DNA of 28,726 bases, taken from positions 1-28,726 of the forward strand of contig JANMKN010000013.1 in NCBI GenBank assembly GCA_031372065.1. The letters are read 5' to 3'. Positions 25,744-28,726 of the stretch are shown here, in pieces. Position 1 is the stretch's first letter, and every line of letters starts with the position of its first letter. The stretch comes from Abditibacteriaceae bacterium. GTDB taxonomy: Bacteria > Armatimonadota > Abditibacteriia > Abditibacteriales > Abditibacteriaceae. The translations under genes were made by a program, and so were the position numbers. The notes beneath the pieces are model-generated. The model was not told the origin of the DNA. It made no database searches and saw only the letters and a list, made by a program, of their open reading frames with translations.

Positions 25744-27225
25744 ATGCGCTTTCTTCTTTTGCTTTCGCTGATTTTTTCCGGCGCGGCGTCAGCCCAAACT
25801 ACCGAAGACGCGAAAAAAGCACTTCTGCAAGCGGTGAAATTTTATCATCGCGATGTGGCAACGCGGGGCGGCTATGTTTATCAATACAGCGCCGATTTAA
25901 AATTGCGCGAGGCCGAAGGTGTGCCCGATAAAGACACCATTTGGGTTCAGCCGCCGGGCACGCCCGCTGTGGGTCTGGCAATGCTCGAAGCCTACGAAGC
26001 CACCGGCGAAAAAGCGTGTCTGGAGGGCGCACTGGATGCCGGAATTGCTTTAGCGCGCGGCCAATTGCAGTCCGGCGGCTGGTATTACAGCATTTCGTTT
26101 GGCGATACGCCGTCTTTGAGATTTCATCGGCGCGACCCAAATGGCAAATTGCAAAACGATCCGACGCCGCCCGCCGAACGCACCGGCGCCGGAGGCTGGG
26201 ATTTATGGAAAAAGCGCAACTACGAAGCGAATCTTTCCACTTACGATGACGATGTGACGTTCGCCGCCTTGCGCTTTTTGACGCGGCTTGATAGCGCCTT
26301 AAAATTTGCCGACGCAGAAACCCACGACGCGGCTCTTTATGCTTTGCAAGCCTTGGTGGGCACGCAGTTTCCCAACGGCGCGTGGGCAACGAATTTTGAT
26401 CGTTTTCCCGCCACGCCGCCCGATGTAAAAAACTACCCGATTTTGCGCGCTTCGTTGCCCGAAACGTGGCCACGCTTGTGGCCCAAAGATTTCACCGGCT
26501 GCTATGTCACTAACGACGAACTGATGTCGCGCGGCATTGACACGCTGCTTTTGGCGAGCGCGATTTACAAAGACACAAAGTATTTAGATGCAGCGCGGCG
26601 TGCAGGCGACTTTTTATTGCTGGCGCAGTTGCCCGAACCGCAACCGATTTGGGCGCAGCAATACAACGCGCAAATGCAGCCGGTTTGGGGCCGCGCTTTC
26701 GAGCCAACAGCCTTAACCAGCCGCGAATCGCAGGCGATTATGCGCTCTTTAATTGCCTTGTTTCGCGCCACCAATGACAAGAAATATCTGGAGCCAATTC
26801 CGCGCGCCTTGGCTTATTTGCGCCGCTCTTTGCGACCCGACGGAAAACTGGCGCGCTTTTATGAAATTCGCACCAACAAACCGCTGTATTTCACGCGCGG
26901 CCCCAATGCGCAAGGCCATGTCCTCACCTACTCCGACCAAAACCTTGCCAGCAATTACGGCTTCCTTATCACGCCCGATATGGAGGGCATCGAAAGCGAT
27001 TATCAAGCCGTTTTGCAAGGCAAACCTGCTGCGGCGCTGCCAATGCCGACACAAACCGAAATTCAAAAAATCATCACTTCTCTTGATGCGCGCGGCGCGT
27101 GGACAGAAGCGGGCACGGTGCGCGATGCCAAAAGCCAAAAGCAACAGCCAAAAGGCGGCATTATTCGCTCGGCGACTTTTATCGAAAACGTGCGGGCGCT
27201 GTGCCGTTTCATCAAGGCAAATTGA
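25744..27225 (+). CDS. exported pectate-lyase-like (PL10/PelA-related, alpha/alpha barrel) protein
   Basis: Signal peptide ending ASA. IWVQPPGTP, GQLQSGGW, STYDDDVT, QFPNGAW, TNDELM and QPIWAQQYN..MQPVWGRAFEP..L.SRES. Confidence 0.75.
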   Translation: MRFLLLLSLIFSGAASAQTTEDAKKALLQAVKFYHRDVATRGGYVYQYSADLKLREAEGVPDKDTIWVQPPGTPAVGLAMLEAYEATGEKACLEGALDAGIALARGQLQSGGWYYSISFGDTPSLRFHRRDPNGKLQNDPTPPAERTGAGGWDLWKKRNYEANLSTYDDDVTFAALRFLTRLDSALKFADAETHDAALYALQALVGTQFPNGAWATNFDRFPATPPDVKNYPILRASLPETWPRLWPKDFTGCYVTNDELMSRGIDTLLLASAIYKDTKYLDAARRAGDFLLLAQLPEPQPIWAQQYNAQMQPVWGRAFEPTALTSRESQAIMRSLIALFRATNDKKYLEPIPRALAYLRRSLRPDGKLARFYEIRTNKPLYFTRGPNAQGHVLTYSDQNLASNYGFLITPDMEGIESDYQAVLQGKPAAALPMPTQTEIQKIITSLDARGAWTEAGTVRDAKSQKQQPKGGIIRSATFIENVRALCRFIKAN

Positions 27226-27266
27226 AGAACGCAAACCGAGGCCTTGAGATTGCTAATTTGGCGCGC

Positions 27267-27788
27267 ATGGCAACCAAGAAAACGCCCAAGGCGAAATTCG
27301 ATTATTCGCTCGATTATAAAAACCTTGATTTGCGCAAGCAACCCGAACTTTATCGCATTGGCGTCGGCGAACAAGGCGTGCTTTTAGTCGAACCGTATAA
27401 AAGCGAAATCCTGCCTCATTGGCGTTTTCGCACGCCCGAAGTGGCGCGTGAATCAAGCCAGAAAATCTACGAAATGTTTCTCGACTACAAAGAGAAAAAC
27501 GATTTCGTCGGCATGGATATGGCGCGCAAGTTTTTGCAAATGGGCATTACACGCAGCCGCCGCTATGCCAATCATAAAGGCGGCAATAAATATGATGGCC
27601 CGGTTCCCGATGACAAAAAAGGACAAAGCGGCGCGCATGGGAGAAAAGAACTACCGAAATCGCCCGAAGACCCCCAAAAAGCCCAATCTGCGCGCATTTT
27701 CCAAGATAAATACAATCTGGCGAAAAACGACGAAAAATATCAAAATATAGCGTGTGAACATCGTGAAAAATACGAAACCAAAACTTAA
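27267..27788 (+). CDS. DUF4385-family protein
   Basis: YRIGVGEQGVLLVEPYKSEILPHWRF and DFVGMDMARKFLQMG.TRSRRYANHKGG. Confidence 0.85.
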   Translation: MATKKTPKAKFDYSLDYKNLDLRKQPELYRIGVGEQGVLLVEPYKSEILPHWRFRTPEVARESSQKIYEMFLDYKEKNDFVGMDMARKFLQMGITRSRRYANHKGGNKYDGPVPDDKKGQSGAHGRKELPKSPEDPQKAQSARIFQDKYNLAKNDEKYQNIACEHREKYETKT

Positions 27789-27928
27789 AAACTACTATTT
27801 TATCGCTCCACAAAAATTCACGATTCCTTACCGGAAATGGAAAAACGGCTCGTTTTTCCATAGCTCAAAGAATGCGCCAAACAAACTTTGCTCTTCGGGG
27901 CACAAAATCAAGCGAGGAAAATAGAACC

Positions 27929-28363
27929 ATGAAAAGCCAGTTGACGAGTCGTATCGCCGTTTTGAGCCTGCTCGGTCTGAGCGCCGCTGTAAGTTTCAGC
28001 CATCCGGTTTTGGCCGCTGATGGCGATGGCGCCAAGCCCGAAAAGAAAGAGCGTCCTGCGGGCGGACGGGGCGGACAACGCGGCGGCGGCCCTTTGATGA
28101 AAGCGTTGGAAAGCCTCGATTTGAGTGCTGATCAAAAAGACAAACTTAAGCCGATTCTCAAAGAACACGCCGAAAAATCCAAAGCGCTGCGCGATGACAC
28201 CACCACAGAGCGCAAAGCCAAAATGGAAAAAATGAAGGCGCTCATGGAAGAAACGCTCGGCAAAGTGCGCCCGATTCTGACCGAAGCGCAAAACAAGCAA
28301 TTGGATGAAGCCCTTGCGAAAGCCCGCGCCGAACGCGGCGGTGGCGACAAGCCCAAAGCCTAA
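27929..28363 (+). CDS. Spy/CpxP-like periplasmic protein (LTxxQ motifs)
   Basis: Signal peptide, LDLSADQKDKL and ILTEAQNKQL motifs, GAGG RBS. Confidence 0.8.
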   Translation: MKSQLTSRIAVLSLLGLSAAVSFSHPVLAADGDGAKPEKKERPAGGRGGQRGGGPLMKALESLDLSADQKDKLKPILKEHAEKSKALRDDTTTERKAKMEKMKALMEETLGKVRPILTEAQNKQLDEALAKARAERGGGDKPKA

Positions 28364-28379
28364 CAACTAAATCGTTATA

Positions 28380-28424
28380 AAAACAAAAAAGGCGGGAGCA
28401 AATTGCTCCCGCCTTTTTTGTTTT
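28380..28424 (+). terminator. intrinsic terminator
   Basis: aaaacaaaaaaggcgggagcaa / ttgctcccgccttttttgtttt inverted repeat. Confidence 0.88.
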
Positions 28425-28469
28425 TGTTGCGGCTAAACTGAGCGTTGCATTTTGCAAAGGCACTCATTC

Positions 28470-28607
28470 ATGCAACAACCAATTAACCCGCAGGTGCGCA
28501 TCGGGCACGTTCATCTCAAAGTCGCCGATTTAGAGCGCGCCTTGAATTTTTATTGCGGCGTTTTAGGTTTTGAACTAATGCAACGCTTGGTCGTGTTTCA
28601 GAAGTGA
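28470..28607 (+). pseudogene. VOC/glyoxalase (CatE-like) gene 5' part, interrupted by IS
   Basis: Translated by hand: MQQPINPQVRIGHVHLKVADLERALNFYCGVLGFELMQRL, then VVFQK* from IS sequence. Not in the ORF track because it is too short. Confidence 0.85.
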
Positions 28608-28726
28608 TGCTGTTTTGAATTGAGGGCATGGATGTATAGTTTGATGACGGCTTGGTGCATTTCGAGTGATTTGGAAAAGCAAATGGTTTTGCGCTGCAAT
28701 CGCTTGAGATGGGTGCGAAAGTTGAG
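28589..28726 (-). mobile_element. IS1-family element, right end with transposase (InsB-like) C-terminus
   Basis: Minus strand reads LNFRTHLKRLQRKTICFSKSLEMHQAVIKLYIHALNSKQHHF* (stop 28598-28600). The terminus begins GGT (ggtcgtgtttcagaa), as IS1 ends do. Confidence 0.88.

Overview
Bacterial chromosomal segment of moderately high GC. The gene content resembles Armatimonadota/Abditibacteriota, but that is an inference and no search was run. About 22 genes are readable: a 5'-broken GH30 glycosidase, an orphan receiver protein, a tightly linked operon (CHASE2 adenylate cyclase, exported FecR/DUF928-like protein, signal-peptide caspase-PEGA-TPR), an acetylxylan-esterase fragment cut by a GTAG-REP doublet, an unknown helical protein preceded by phased A-tracts and a non-coding 20/21-bp repeat array, a small membrane gene between a 42-bp duplicated gene end, TPR and VanW proteins, a FabG-like/metallophosphoesterase/FabF-like cluster holding a second 20/21-bp array, a class IV aminotransferase, a zf-HC2 anti-sigma-like protein, a pseudo-peptidase, a PQQ propeller, a Gfo/Idh/MocA oxidoreductase, a large surface protein, crcB, DinB, a pectate-lyase-like protein, DUF4385, Spy/CpxP and a VOC gene interrupted by an IS1-family element at the right edge. 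The best candidates for something undescribed are the two different-sequence arrays sharing a ~2-helical-turn period (one in front of the helical-protein gene) and the exported-caspase/CHASE2-cyclase module.
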